From NCBI GenBank assembly GCA_026770705.1, contig JANJGN010000034.1:4216001-4280000 (forward strand): DNA of 64,000 nt. Direction: 5' to 3'. This DNA is from Isurus oxyrinchus. Its lineage: Eukaryota. This document shows, one piece after another, positions 13,570 to 26,669 of the stretch. How positions within the stretch are numbered: position 1 is the stretch's first letter; each line of letters starts with the position of its first letter. The notes under the pieces were generated by a model. That model was not told the origin of the DNA. It saw nothing but the letters and a program-made list of their open reading frames with translations, and made no database searches. Position numbers and translations under genes: made by a program.

Positions 13570-13920
13570 TGATCGTCGGACAGCAAGTTTTTAAGAACTA
13601 TTGGATTGGATATTTTTCTGTACAATATGCCGTCTACTCAGTCAAATTGGTTATACACTGCACTGCAGCATAAATTCTTATTCTGAAGAGGCCCTCTCTT
13701 CGTAGGTTGTATCTTTATTCAGGACTGATCAATTTTTTCAAGCATTCCAACAACGATAAAATAGTTAATTATTTGGATTGAAGACATTACATGAATCGCT
13801 TATATTAGAATATTACTGTGGTAAATTATCTCCTCTGCTGAATTATCCAACAACATACCAGTGTATATTGAAGTCTCTCTGCTATCAAAGCCACATGTAA
13901 TACTTAAAAGTCACATGTTG
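13570..13920 (-). pseudogene. decayed IgC-like exon of B7/butyrophilin-like pseudogene
   Basis: acceptor ttattttctcttcag at 13921; remnant EGLFRIRIYAAV..AYCTEKYPI resembles butyrophilin IgC 'EGLF.V...V...C...N'; stops and frameshifts; 3' boundary uncertain. Confidence 0.4.
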
Positions 13921-14129
13921 CTGAAGAGAAAATAATCTCGGAGGGTCTCTCAAAATGAGATTGTCAGATCAGCAGTCAATTAATATGCAGTCTCTGATAT
14001 CTGAATTTATTGCACTCTTTGAATTAACATCAGGGGAGGGCGGTAAAAAAGCAGTCAATCTGATGTTGCATATGATGGACAACACATCCATTCGAATGTC
14101 TACCCTTTGTGAGATCGTTATTCTTTTAG

Positions 14130-14470
14130 GGGATGTTGAGGTCGCTGAGTCGGCCAGGATGTATTGCTTATCTCTATTTGCCCTTGAGATGGAGTTCAGC
14201 AAGAAGTCTTGACGTGCTTCGGTCCTGGTGTACATTACTTGCTCGTAGGAAAGGTGTCTTCTAGACTTTCTATCCAGCGATAGTGAAGGAACGGGGATAT
14301 AGTTCCTAGCCAGAATGGCCAGAATGGCCTTGTCGGAGAAAATACAGGTGGTGCTGCTCCCATGCATCTGCTGCCCTTCTATTGTTTGGTGCTAGAGATC
14401 ACGCAACTGGACAGTTCTGTGCAAGAAGTCTTGGTGAAAGGCTGCTCATATTTATAGATAAGCTTTGCTT
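14130..14470 (-). mobile_element. 3' fragment of the second LINE family
   Basis: reverse complement of the 3' end seen at 8100-8450 (catctgctgcccttct..., gcccttgag). Confidence 0.6.
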
Positions 14471-14739
14471 CACATTCCTGAAGTTTTATTAGCAACTATC
14501 AAAGAAACACGAACCAGTTTACAAGTATCTCCTATTGTCTGTTTTGTTGCTTCGTATTAATCAATTTAAATAAAACATATACTAAACGGGTCGCTAGTTA
14601 TCTTTCAATGAAATGCAGTCATTTATCTCAACATCCTGGAAATGTGTAAACGTGCATCAGACAGGCTGAGAGTTGTGCTCCTCATCAAGAATGACTATGT
14701 TTAATTACATATCTCTTTAGATTTATTTCAAACATGTAC

Positions 14740-15104
14740 CGGAAATCCAAAGTTCATTTAAATTTGAATCGCATTATTCTATGATCTAATGCTATATTTT
14801 CAGTCTTTGCTGAAAAATTATTAGCAACTAAACAGAAAGCTAAATGTAATGGGTGTTGACGAATTACAGTGTGTGTTGCAAGTTTTACGTTTTATTCTAC
14901 GTTATTTTTAAGTTATTGAATAAGTGTACAACCTCTAACGTGGGGACAATCGCTCCAGGAGCATATAATTGGAAATATAAAGGTAACGATGCGGCTGGGA
15001 CAGGGGATTGTGTACAGAGATTACAGTCAAGCTCTATTGTCGTACGACTGATTTGTAGGTGTGAATGCACATAGAGGTGTGAACATTAAAAGTGCATTGT
15101 ATAT
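14740..15104 (-). pseudogene. decayed IgV exon, B7/butyrophilin-like
   Basis: atttcattttccag|ATATAC...TTTCCG|gtacat, 365 nt; remnants DIQC, TIELDCN (B strand), LYFQLY (C strand, Trp lost), VVHLFNN (cf. BTN VVHLYxNG), LSV*L, D*KYS (cf. DxGxYxC), DSNLNELWIS (G strand); several stops and frameshifts. Confidence 0.6.
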
Positions 15105-15617
15105 CTGGAAAATGAAATATAAGCACTTTATTTCAGAAGAAACTAAGAGAACCTGTGATGGCACAGCAGTGAAATATTTGAATTGTGTAGGGACTGTGGT
15201 GTGGTGAGAGTGAAGATTTTTATTTTTTTGGCGAAACGCCGATAGTGAAATGGAAGAGTGAAGGGATGGTAAATGGAACAAATTCAGCTGTGCCTTCAGA
15301 GTGCCTTCTTTGACTAGTATATCCCCAGTTCAACAGGGAATGTGTCACTCCTGTAAGTGATTAATGAGGATGAGATCGGACAAGTGGGCCAATCGACTGT
15401 GGAAGAACACTGCAGTAAAGTTCATTGTGCAATCATAAGATTTGATCAGCAATAAAAAAAGAAAAAATAATTATCTGGTGGAAACTTCTAAGCTGAATGA
15501 GATATACCTTCAAAAGAATGAAAGGGGGATTAGTTGTCATAAATTTGAACCAACAGCTGAGAAATAAATGTGCAATGCAACAATAAGTGATAATAAAGGA
15601 CGATTTGGTTTACTTAC

Positions 15618-15671
15618 CTGCTAGCCACATTCCAAGAAGGTGGAAAGGCAAAAAAAAAATCCAAAGATCAT
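15618..15671 (-). pseudogene. signal-peptide (leader) exon of the B7/butyrophilin-like pseudogene
   Basis: ATG at 15671, consensus donor CAG|gtaagt; as written it hits a stop, but one extra T in the T10 run gives MIFGFFFLPFHLLGMWLA plus phase 1; 513-nt intron to the IgV exon. Confidence 0.5.
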
Positions 15672-16269
15672 TGGATGACGAGGACGATGGAGAAATGTCG
15701 ATTCAAAATAAGACAGCTTCTAAGCACGCCACACTAAATGAACAAAACAAGTAAAGGTCTAATGAATTTAATTGAGGGAGGAAAAGTTGTCAATATAAAA
15801 AGGGCAAAGAGAGGTCATGAGACTAACCTGGATTTAAATGCTCAAATGCAGGTTTCCTGTTCTTTCTACCAAGTAACGACACAGGTAGAACCGGAAACTG
15901 TGAATTCTGGAAATGTTGAGCAATTTTCATTCCAAATATATTCAAATGCTCAAAGGTGATGGGTCTTCCCTGAGTCACGTGCCCATTTGCATCGTGTCAA
16001 GCAGAATAAATAATTAGATGTGTCTCAAAGCATAGTGTAAGAAGAAGAGGTTTCAATTCATGATATATTAGCACCTGTATTCCGAAAGATGGAACTGCTC
16101 CATTGCAATGGATTCCACTTTTACAGGGCTGAGGCCAGTGCCCTTGCACCTTGTATATCTGGGACAATAGATATTGGGTTAACCTAACAAAGATGGGTTT
16201 TGTGGAGTTGTTTGTGTATTCTAGGCAGGTTAGAACTCGAAATCCAACAAGAAAAGTATCGGTAATACT

Positions 16270-17230
16270 CTAGCAATATGTGTTTATAAAAATGCAGAAT
16301 AGAACAGTACGAGGCAAAGAATCGAAGTTACCATAAAACGCTGAATTAATTCCATAATTATCTGCGATAAAATAGATAAAATATTACCAAAACGTACAGG
16401 ACAGTGTTTTACATTCCATCACCACTATTGGGAAATCGTCACAGGATGGCATAACTTTAAAAATAAAGATTTAGTTGCAAACATTATTTTGCAATGTTAG
16501 AGAGGGTTACCGGAATATAAAGGGTACCATTGATGCGATAACAGGACCTAATGTCGCCTCAGAAGTTCGGGAAATAATTATGGGAGATTTTGAATTGACA
16601 TAATAAAAATACTTTACTGATACAAATCACTGCTACCAGAACACGCCACTACGCCCAACGCCCACACCCCTCCTGCCCAAACTGAAATTATATAATTGGA
16701 CACAAAATGAAACAAGGAATTATAGGAGCAATTACGGATGGAATACAATAGCTGACAATGAATTTATTATTTATCTACACTGAAAGATACAATTTAGCAA
16801 AAGTGGTCTGAAAAATGAATTTTTATAACTTCTTATGTATAGTTGTCTGCAACAATCCTATGTGCAAACAAAAGAAATATGAATTTAAATTCATTGTTGT
16901 GGAATATGGAAGGGTTACTGAGTAAGTTCAAGATAAAATATGAAATGGTAATTAGCATTTAAAATGCAAAGCAATTCGCTAGTGATTTTGATGGTGATAT
17001 ATTCAAGATCCAAACAAAAAAATTAAAATTAAATAAAATGATTTTCCTGTATATGAACAGAAGGCTGGCTGAGATGATGGGGCAACAATCACATAATAAG
17101 GTTTCCATAAAACAAAGGGAAACTTGTCAGAAAATATTCCAAACTGATCAACGTTTAAATATTTCACTGCGGGTTTAAATCATTAGTTATCAATAACGAT
17201 CTATCAATGGAATATTCCTTATGTTAAGTA
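16270..17230 (+). mobile_element. very old LINE endonuclease-region remnant
   Basis: faint APE motifs (VYKNA.., IMGDF). Confidence 0.35.
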
Positions 17231-18599
17231 TGATATTAAACTAGAAGTGGAACATCATGATGTTGCCAAGCATGCCAATACAACGGTGATCTGATACCGT
17301 TGCAGGAACGCGTTAAAGGCCACCAAATCATGATAAAATCCGGGAAAATATTATATGGGGAAAAATTAGCCAGTAATATGAAAGGAAATGGGGCAATCGT
17401 TGGATCCTTGGAGGCCAGACATCCATCCGCAGGTACCTGCCACAATTCTGAGCAGATACTGACACAGTAGCCTACATGCAATTTTCAGGTAAATTTGGAA
17501 GTTCTGATGAAACAGTCATATGCTCCCGGGGCACCTACTTCTATATCATCTATTCTGGGCTGGTATTGGATACATCTGAGAGTTCCAAAATACTGTTATG
17601 ATAATTAAACTGGAATATTATGTGAAAAAAGTGGCCTTAATCCTGGTGAAATCCTGGCCTGACAACCCAAAAATGCACACTGGCTTTCTGGTTACACTCA
17701 TCCCACCCCCAGTCAGCATTGTGCCCCTCGTGCCAACCCCCTCACGCACCCACCTAAGATCATATCATTGAATTACCGACCAAACTGCGTCCCATCTACC
17801 ACTGAACATGCAACTACACACTGCCACCAGATACAACCACGGATAGGCTGACTACTCCCAAATGCCCAATGAAAATGTACAATATAAGAGGCTATCCCTG
17901 TACATGACGAGAATATCACGCTAAACTGCCAATGCAAGGCAACGACCAGCCTTGACTTTTGAGACACAGACCAGGCTAGCACCGTCTTTCCCCTAAACCA
18001 AATATCCAAATGACCCAAACTGATTATGCAACGACATATCAACCCACAAAATAAATAAGTAGCCATTCTACACAATTAAACATTTAGCCATCCGACCCAC
18101 ACACCAACCTCAACAGCATACACAACTGTTCACTTTTCCTCCACCCAACTCAGTCTCTTTACCCACCCAGCCATCTGCCACTTACTCAGATACAGTCTTT
18201 AGAAATCTATCCATTTTGCACACCTGCTACCCTTTCCCACCTCCCTCAATCACCCACCCTGCGCACCTGCCCAAATTAGCCAGGCACCCACGCACTCTTT
18301 TACTAACATTGAAATACTGGACAGTTAAACTTCAGAAACGTTAGTTCGTGTCCTATACCCCGTTGTGTCCTAACTTGCTCAATGCTGCAATAATGTGAAA
18401 CATTAAACCAATAGTCACTGCGCTCCACGTTTCTGAAAAAGCCGAGCTTGGAAGGCCCCACGAGGAATATGTAGCGTGTCAAGTTCAGGGATTTTTCGAC
18501 TTTAGCAGCGATTGCTCTTCCAGGGAATGTCCAAGATACGCATGAATTATTACAAATAAATAAAAAGGATAAGAGTGACAAAATTTAAATAAAACTAAC

Positions 18600-19690
18600 C
18601 CCCTCACATCAGTGACAGAGGGAATAAACGTGCAGAGTGAGGAATGACAGAGGCATTCTGTGCCAGGCCTCACGGAAGAGCGCCTAGAATACATAGCATT
18701 GGCACATGGCAAAGAGATGAATTGAAGTTAATTAATATCAGCATAGAAGACATATAGGGGAAGCTTGACGGATCAAAACAATAAAAGATTCCCGAGGGCC
18801 TTATGTTGTCTATCCTCAGATTTTCAGAACAGGGCTGAAGAAATATTGGCTGGGTCGCTTTTGATTTTACAAAATTATCAGAATACTGTGCAGCAATGGA
18901 TCATCTTATTTATGACGAGGTATTCTCGGTTTGGATTCAGTACAACAAATTTCCACTGCATTGTTCACACTGTGAGAGGATTGCCTTATGATGAGGCGCA
19001 AAATTGTTTAGGCTAATGTAATCTGGAGTTGACAGATTGAGGGTAGCTCTCATAGGAACATACAAGATTATGAAGGAAATGAAATGAAAACGAAGAAACA
19101 AGAAAAAAGGAAAGGAATGCTTGTGAGCTCATCAGGTCAAGCAGCACACTTGTAAGGAAACAACGGTTCAGACTGTGGCCTTTCATTAGCGATTTGTTTT
19201 TTGTATCTATTTTCTAACTCCAGCGTCCACATTTTGCATACTTCCTCAAGATTTTGCAGAGGCTTGATAGGGTAGAAACTGAAAAATTGTTTGATGCTGG
19301 ATCAGTCCAGAAAACGGGGAACATTGCCTCTCGCTTGTTTTGATAGTAGTTGTTTGCAGTAGTGAGCTTCAGTGCTAGATACTGTACGGTTTTTGCTATG
19401 ATTACACTGTCACCTGACCGGAGGGTTGAATTTCAAAGTGCGCATCTTGGAGCCTGTCTTGATAGAGTTCAGTTACTATAGATATATTTTTTTATATTAT
19501 TAAACTGTGTTATCAATATAACTGGTTCAGCTACAATGGCAATGACCTATGTGTATGTGTAACAAAAAAAAACATCGATGAGTGGTCCATCATTTAGGAC
19601 TGAGATGATGAAGTATTTTCAGTCAATCTGCTGCAAACCTTGAGAATTATCTCTCCAAGATCCGTGTTAATGCTCCATTATTAGTTCAAT
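18600..19690 (+). mobile_element. decayed CR1 3' fragment containing a decayed Penelope-type terminal repeat (~19110-19240)
   Basis: ttgccttatgatgagg..ctggagttgacagattgaggg, gcttgatagggtaga are CR1-like; ctcatcaggtcaagcagcac resembles the 23850 repeat. Confidence 0.55.
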
Positions 19691-22181
19691 TTAAATTTGA
19701 AATATCTGTATTTTTGGTATCACAGAAAATCCAGAAAGTTGGTGAATTTGCCTGAAAGTAGACATAACAATAAATGTACTGAATGAGACAGCAGGCTAAA
19801 GGACCGCATTGTCTACATTTGCTGCTATGTTTTATCTTAAATCTTCTTCGAAAATCAAATGTCACTTGAAATAAAATATAACATACAAAGACCCTACACC
19901 GATGCATGCAGTAAGAATCCTTTTGGCCTCAGTGATATATATGCTGACGCCAAATGCAGCCTTTCCAGGTCACCATCTCTGGCATGTTTTGTTTCAGATA
20001 ATTAAAAAAAAAACACTACAAATATAACACATTCAGAGATGCTTGAGCTTATCAAGGAGTCGCAGCATTGATGTATAACATAAAGATTATGCTGTAGAAC
20101 ATTTTTACGTTACCACAAACGTTCATCAAGCCAATGCAATACTGATTGTGCAGTTGTATTTGGTGGTCATTTGCTAAATTATTGCATAACATACCTATTA
20201 ACTAAATTGACGATAATGGCTAGATCAGTTTTTGAATAGAATAAAAAATACATCTAATGGACCTGGGAACAGCAAGTCTTCGCAAATATGTTGCTCATTA
20301 AACCTGGAAGATGCTCGAAAGTTGTTTCCCGAAGGACCCATGCAAGGAAATTGAAAATCTTGTGCATTTGGCTACCGAATTAGAGTATTAAATTTGAAAC
20401 AGCGTGGGTTTATCAGCTCTCTACGGTGTGATGACGTTCATTCAATTCCTGGCTCCATCCTTGTATCATGGAAGTTGTATTACTCTCAAAGAACTATGAA
20501 TTGCATTTTGAAACTACTGATTAACCAAATTATTTTGCATGCAATTGCCATGTGATTTCCAGTCCATGTACATAAGATAACCCCATTGCACCATACCCAT
20601 GAAAATGTTGGGATGCCTGCACTCTTTAACAAGCAGCTTGTGGGGGGCAATATTCTTCTCTTTAACGTGGCTTGAAACTCACAAAATCATATGCACACCA
20701 GTAACTTCCCGTTCAATTCCCATTGCATCAACAATAATAACAGCAAGCGCCCTATATTAAGTTACTTCCTTAATGTTCACAAACCTGACATCCTACCAGC
20801 ATAGTTCAAATCTTTCCTCAAGCTTTTATTAAGTACCGCGAGTTTTGTCAAGTTTCCACATAATTTTCCTGCTAATATTGATCATCTCTTTTTTATAGCC
20901 TAACATCCTAAAGAACTTGATAATTAAATATGTTCAGGTTTCTCAATCAATGATCTACCTGGATGATCACAAAGATCACCATATGCCTGCACAAACCTTT
21001 TGTGGGGGGAGAGCAAACATGCATCACACGCCAAGGAAATGTTTATTGCACTCATTTTGCTAGTAAGCCGAGTTGCAGATTTAACAGCCAAAACATTATT
21101 TGTTTTGCTCTAATTTCAGAGCTGCAGAAGCGTGAAGCAGAACTAATGGACACTCGTAAGAATATTGATAATTGAAATAGAATTAACTATTATATTTTAA
21201 AAATGCTATATTGCTGTGTGAATTTTTGGTTTGATAAAGCACCAGCATTGTTTTCACGACAAAGTTAAATCATACTTTATACATCTGCACTTAAAAAAAC
21301 AGCTGACCTCAATGCATTCGAAACATGTCCTGCATTCCATATGGGATTCACAGAAAATAAAGACAATAATGTAGTCTCTTTTTTTTTCCTATTATACCCT
21401 CGAGGTAAAATTTATCGCGTTGTTTCGTACATTATGAAGTAAATATCAGATAGCTAGAGGAAGAGAGGGGAGAGGAGGATGTGAAGCAGCGAGTCATTTA
21501 ACAACATTATAATGAAATGGTTCATGTCAAATTTTGCATACACACCCATGTTCAGTTTCAAGCCCACTGAATGAATCAAAATTCAGCCTTTTGCAATATT
21601 TTGGCTGTGCAAGAATAATAGCCTTTGCACAAATTACATTCATCTGCAGGGAAAAGTGTTTCCTTCGGAATGTCTCCTATAGCTATTTCTCTGAACATTT
21701 GGTTCTTGGAATTTTATATGTGACTGTGCGGATGTAAAAAAAAAACTGATGATATCAACCGTTCGGATTGTTGCAAAGGTATGCGAGATCGGTAGATACG
21801 TGGTTCAAATTTAGGCACTTGCGAATGGCCGAGTCGGTGTTCCCGTTTGTTTAGCAGCACCTTCAAAGACGAAATTACTTTCAGCGATGGAATAACATCC
21901 AGGGGTGTATTAAAATTGCACGGGAGTCCCAATTCTTAACTCAATCCGTGACTCGCCAGCCATATTCTGAGTTACGGAGTCAATCCTGATGGAAGGAATT
22001 TAAATATTGATCAGCAATTATTTAATGCCATGTCGTGATTTCAGGAGATTAAATGTTCTCTTCCTGTGTTTCCTGTGGTGAATAGTGCACAATGTCTATG
22101 TTCACTTATATTGTTATCAAATCACAAAATAAGTCCATTATATCTGGAGATAATGACAATGTTCATTTTTTTATGTTACAG

Positions 22182-22208
22182 GAAAAGCTCTGGATGATTG
22201 TTCGAAAG
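22182..22208 (+). CDS. 27-nt phase-1/1 micro-exon; GKALDDCSK
   Basis: ttttttatgttacag|GAAAAGCTCTGGATGATTGTTCGAAAG|gtactt. Confidence 0.65.
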
Positions 22209-23849
22209 GTACTTGTTTGAAAGGAAAGCACTGACTTATTGTTTCTTTATCTGGCTTTCTTCCCCCCTGCAGTGGATCATCAGATCCTCACCTGAATTTA
22301 TTAGGAATTTGCTCCAGAATAATAGTTAGAATTTGACAGAGCTGTGCATGATTGGAATCGCACCGATGATTTACATGGCACTTTATATGGAATTATTTGA
22401 GGCTGATATAACTTAGTGTCGAGAGAAGAATGTATCCAGTTGCCTCCGCCGACACATGAGGCATGCGCACTCAGCACAGCTCGATTTTATCACCCAAGTG
22501 GACGAACTCCAAAAGTACTCCTATTGAAATGTCAGAAAATGCTCGACTGCCAGGAATTATGGAAGAGCCAAATCATCTGTTTTTGGAAAGGAAGAGATAA
22601 ATGTTTGTAGTGGAAAACTGCAAGTATTTTGATGGAGGGAGGAAGTGGGGCAAATGGTGTCTTTCAAAAGTTCAGCGCAGGCAGCATATGTTGAATCACC
22701 TGGCTTTCTCTTGTACTATTCTACGCATCCCTCATCTACTACAATATAATTTAGGTGATCTGGCTGGTGCATAGTCTGAACCTAGAGATAAGGACCTGAC
22801 CAGGTTCAGTTAAATCCATAGCATCCGTGTGATGCTTATGAAGAGATTTTTAAACTACAGCCGGAATGCCATTCAACAAATGCCGTTTGTGTTCAGTGCT
22901 GGGCTCGTATATGCCAAGAGCATTGTCACAAAACCGCAGGAGTAATGGGTGTGTTTTCTACAAAAAATGACAATGAAATTTTTTTCTCCTTTTGCATCTT
23001 TTTGAAGAATTGGAAATGTTCAAAAATGTTAAGTTTGGTAAGTTTTTCGAAATGATAAATCATTTGCTAATGCTCGGGAATGTATTTATAAATATAATAT
23101 ATTGCATCATCTGCGGCAGACAACTGCTCACTTAAACTCATCAAGGCTATTGAAATGCCACTGATTTCGTTCGCCCTCGTTGTTCCATCTAGGTCCACTG
23201 AAATATACACCTGTACATTTCAGTTTCCGCTACAGATGTTGGCATACACTTATACATTCAGGAACCTAAGGATAATTATGTATCTCACAGGGGGTGATAA
23301 AGATGAAATTGTGTTTATTATTATTGTGTTGATTTTTATTTCCCTCGTTGAAGAGATGAGATCATCAGGGGTAAACGCACAACACGAAAAATTGCTTCCC
23401 ATGTATTAATACATTGCCATTGATCTTTCTGTCAAGGAACAGCTCCGTTGAACAGTGCAATTAACATTTCTCTGAATGTTGTGATGATTTCCAAGCCGTA
23501 TGGGCATAACTGCGACCCTGGCATTGCCTCATAATTATGTAATTGTTTATCGAATCCATCTCGCACTTTTACTCTCACGCATTGAGCAGTGAAAAGTAGA
23601 AGGAGTTATATCAGGAAGGTTAAAGCAACATCCATCTCCCCTTCCCTCTAAAATGCTTACAATCAAAAGAGTCCCTCAGAGTAATGCTCATGAGATGCAC
23701 CCCTCCACCCGCATCAACGACAATGCTCCCTACATATCCGCTGCTAATGCTAATCCCTCAACATCCACCACTGACCATAGGCAATCATTGCAGTCCAAGT
23801 AATTGACCCTTGACTCACCACTGCTCTGTATGCCGGACAATGGCAAAAA

Positions 23850-23969
23850 CCAAAACAAAAACAGAATTGTCTGGAAAAACTCAGCAGGTCTGGCAGCATC
23901 GGCGGAGAAGAAAAGAGTTGACGTTTCGAGTCCTCATGACCCTTCGACAGAACTTGACCCTTCGACAGA
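23850..23969 (-). mobile_element. young Penelope-type terminal-repeat (pLTR) fragment
   Basis: near identical to 31004-31095; contains a tandem duplication of tgacccttcgacag. Confidence 0.8.
23916..23954 (-). ncRNA. minimal type-I hammerhead ribozyme-like motif (core variant)
   Basis: minus strand AGUU-CUGUCGA-A-GGGUC-AUGAG-GACUC-GAAAC-GUC-AACU: stem I AGUU/AACU, stem II, GAAA, GUC cleavage triplet; A6 is U. Confidence 0.6.
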
Positions 23970-24539
23970 CCCGGGCTGCAACAACTATTGTAATCATCCT
24001 TTAATGCTAAAACAACAATGTTCACCCTCTGCGAATGCTGAAGTTTGTGCAACCATGCCAATGTATATTCTGTACATCCATGCAATTCGGACAATTTTCA
24101 TGCCTGCAACAAAGAATGAACAAGCACTGCTCCCTCCAAATACCGACAATGTGCACCACCTCCCGACATTGCTCTAAACACATCATGGCAAAACCAACCC
24201 TACCTGCAGTCAGTGGCATATAACTCAACACGTGCCATAAGCAATACTAATCCACTCCCACCGCTCTGCCGACAATGCAGGCCTACATATACCCTCCATC
24301 CCTACAATGCTCACCCCCAATTCTCGGCAATTCATAATGCCAAAAGCTACATCTCCCAACAATGCACAATCTCAGCACTCATTACAAGTCAAATCCACTA
24401 CCCCTCCAGAAATATCAATACAATATTTGGAATTTTACTTCAGTGATAATGTCCTGAAGTTTCAGCGTGAACAATTTCAGTTACATAAGAACCATAATAA
24501 TTTACATAAAAGGCATTTGTCCCCTCGAAACTGTTTGGT

Positions 24540-25930
24540 CATTCAGAACAATCATGACTGATCTTCTTGTGTTTCGAAATCCATATTGCGATTTTCACCC
24601 GGTAGACATTGCTTCTCTTGACTAACAAAATTCTATACCTCTACCTTAAAGTCCTTAATGTTGTTCAATTGCCCCTCCCCCACCGCTTTCCGAAGCAGAG
24701 ATATCCAAGGTTGCAAAGCATTCATTAAGAATTTAAGAATCTCATCATCTCTCTCCTAAAAAGGCGATATGTAATTTTATAATACTACCCCATGTGCAGA
24801 TCTCACCCACAAGAGGAAACGTATTTTCCCCGTTGACCTTGTCAGTACCGCTCATGATTTTCCTTACTTCAGTCAAATCTCCCCCTATTTTCTCAACTCA
24901 GTGGAAACAAGCCCAGACAATCTAACATTCCCACATAAGACAAATCGCTCGTTCCAGGTGATGATCTAGTTAACTTACTCTGGACAGCACAAAACACGTT
25001 CACATCCTTCCATAAATAACGAACCCAAAACTGCACACAGTAATCCTATTGTGGTCGCAGCAATTTTCTGCATAACTGAAGCATTGGAGTTTTACTTTTA
25101 TGCACTATGCCTCTCCTATTAATGGATACTATTCCACGAGACTCCAGAATTACTGAACCTGCATGCTAACTTTTTGTGACTCATCTACTAGAATACCTAG
25201 CCACTCTACACCTCAGAATTACGTAGCCATTCTCCATTTAGGTCTTGCGTTTTTTAATTCATTTTGGCAGAGTGAGCAACTTCACATTTTCCCAAATTAA
25301 ACAAATTTTCCAGAACTTTGCCCACTCACTCAGTATATAAATATCCATGTGCAAGCTCCGTATGCGGTGTTATGACATACTGCCTTGACCATAGTTGCAC
25401 CATCTTCAAATTTAGCTACCACTTCATCAATCCCCTCATCTAATTAATTTATGTAAATTGTAAAAGAAAAAGAGGCCCTAGCACAGAAACATTGAGGAAT
25501 CCACTTGGCATATACCTGCCTTACAAACAACAAATATTTTTGCTTAACTTCTGTTTTCTGCCAGCCAGTTAATCTTATATCCATACTAATAGTTTATGCA
25601 CTACAGGACGAGTTTTGTTTTCATTAATAACCTTTGATGTGGCACATTATCAAATGCCTTCTGGAAATCCAAATACAATAGTTCTACGGACTCCCCTTGA
25701 TTCACAACTCATGTTAGTCCTCCAAACAACTCTAATAAACCCGTTAGACGCGCTTCCCCTTCAGAAAACCAAGATGACTGTTACCGATTACCTTCAGTTA
25801 TCTAAGTGCCTCGCTATAACCACTTTGATAATTGATTAATGAAATTGTCCACGACAGGTGATAAGCTAAGTGGCCTTTACTTTCCAGTTTTGTTCCTCCC
25901 TACCTCCTTTCACTCTGGAGCTCATTTCTA
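24540..25930 (-). mobile_element. decayed CR1, RT + 3' UTR
   Basis: reverse complement of CR1 motifs (ccaaaactgcacacagta, catcttcaaatttagc = AKFEDG, tgccttctggaaatccaaata = YLDFQKAF). Confidence 0.88.
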
Positions 25931-26669
25931 TGGTGATTTGATTGCTATGATATAATGATAAATGTGCCTTATATTTTTATTGAACATTTCACGCGCTGAT
26001 ACCTTCGAACTATGTTTAAGAAATAAGAAATAAAGAGGGCAAGCAGTTTAACTTTTTGCTTACATGAATCATAAGACATAACGTACTGAATAAGTGACTG
26101 TACTAGCCCACTGGAATTCATGTTTCCATGGAGACCCTAAATTCATCTTGCTATTAATGTCCAGATCTGACTCTTATGGAGATTGGAAACTCTAGGCATG
26201 TATCAGCAGCAAATAATGTCCCAAGAAAAATACTCATACCCCACGAGGTTTATTGGTACATTTCCACTCCACTAATAGTCTAAGAATTGCGAATTAGATG
26301 ATTATGTTGATTAATTAACTTTTCATAATATCAGTCAATTTTTAGCAATACGCAAAGAGCTTGTGCGCAACACTGGCAGTGTTTGCTCTTTCTAAGTATA
26401 ATGCATGCTAATTTATAATGCTGTTCCCTGGAAATCTTCTTCATTAAATTTGTCATCGGAACTGCTCGTGCCACCTTGGATTTTGGACCACACATTCTTC
26501 AAAGAGTACATAATGTCAAAAAAGCTAATCAATCATAATTGGTGCTTTCTCACTGGAGTTTATCTTATCTGGGAGTTAACGTATTTTGTATTAAAAAACA
26601 CAACTGTGTTTCAACAAGCAACAAGTTGTGATGCATTCTTACTATTCAAACTGGTGGACATATTTTAGC

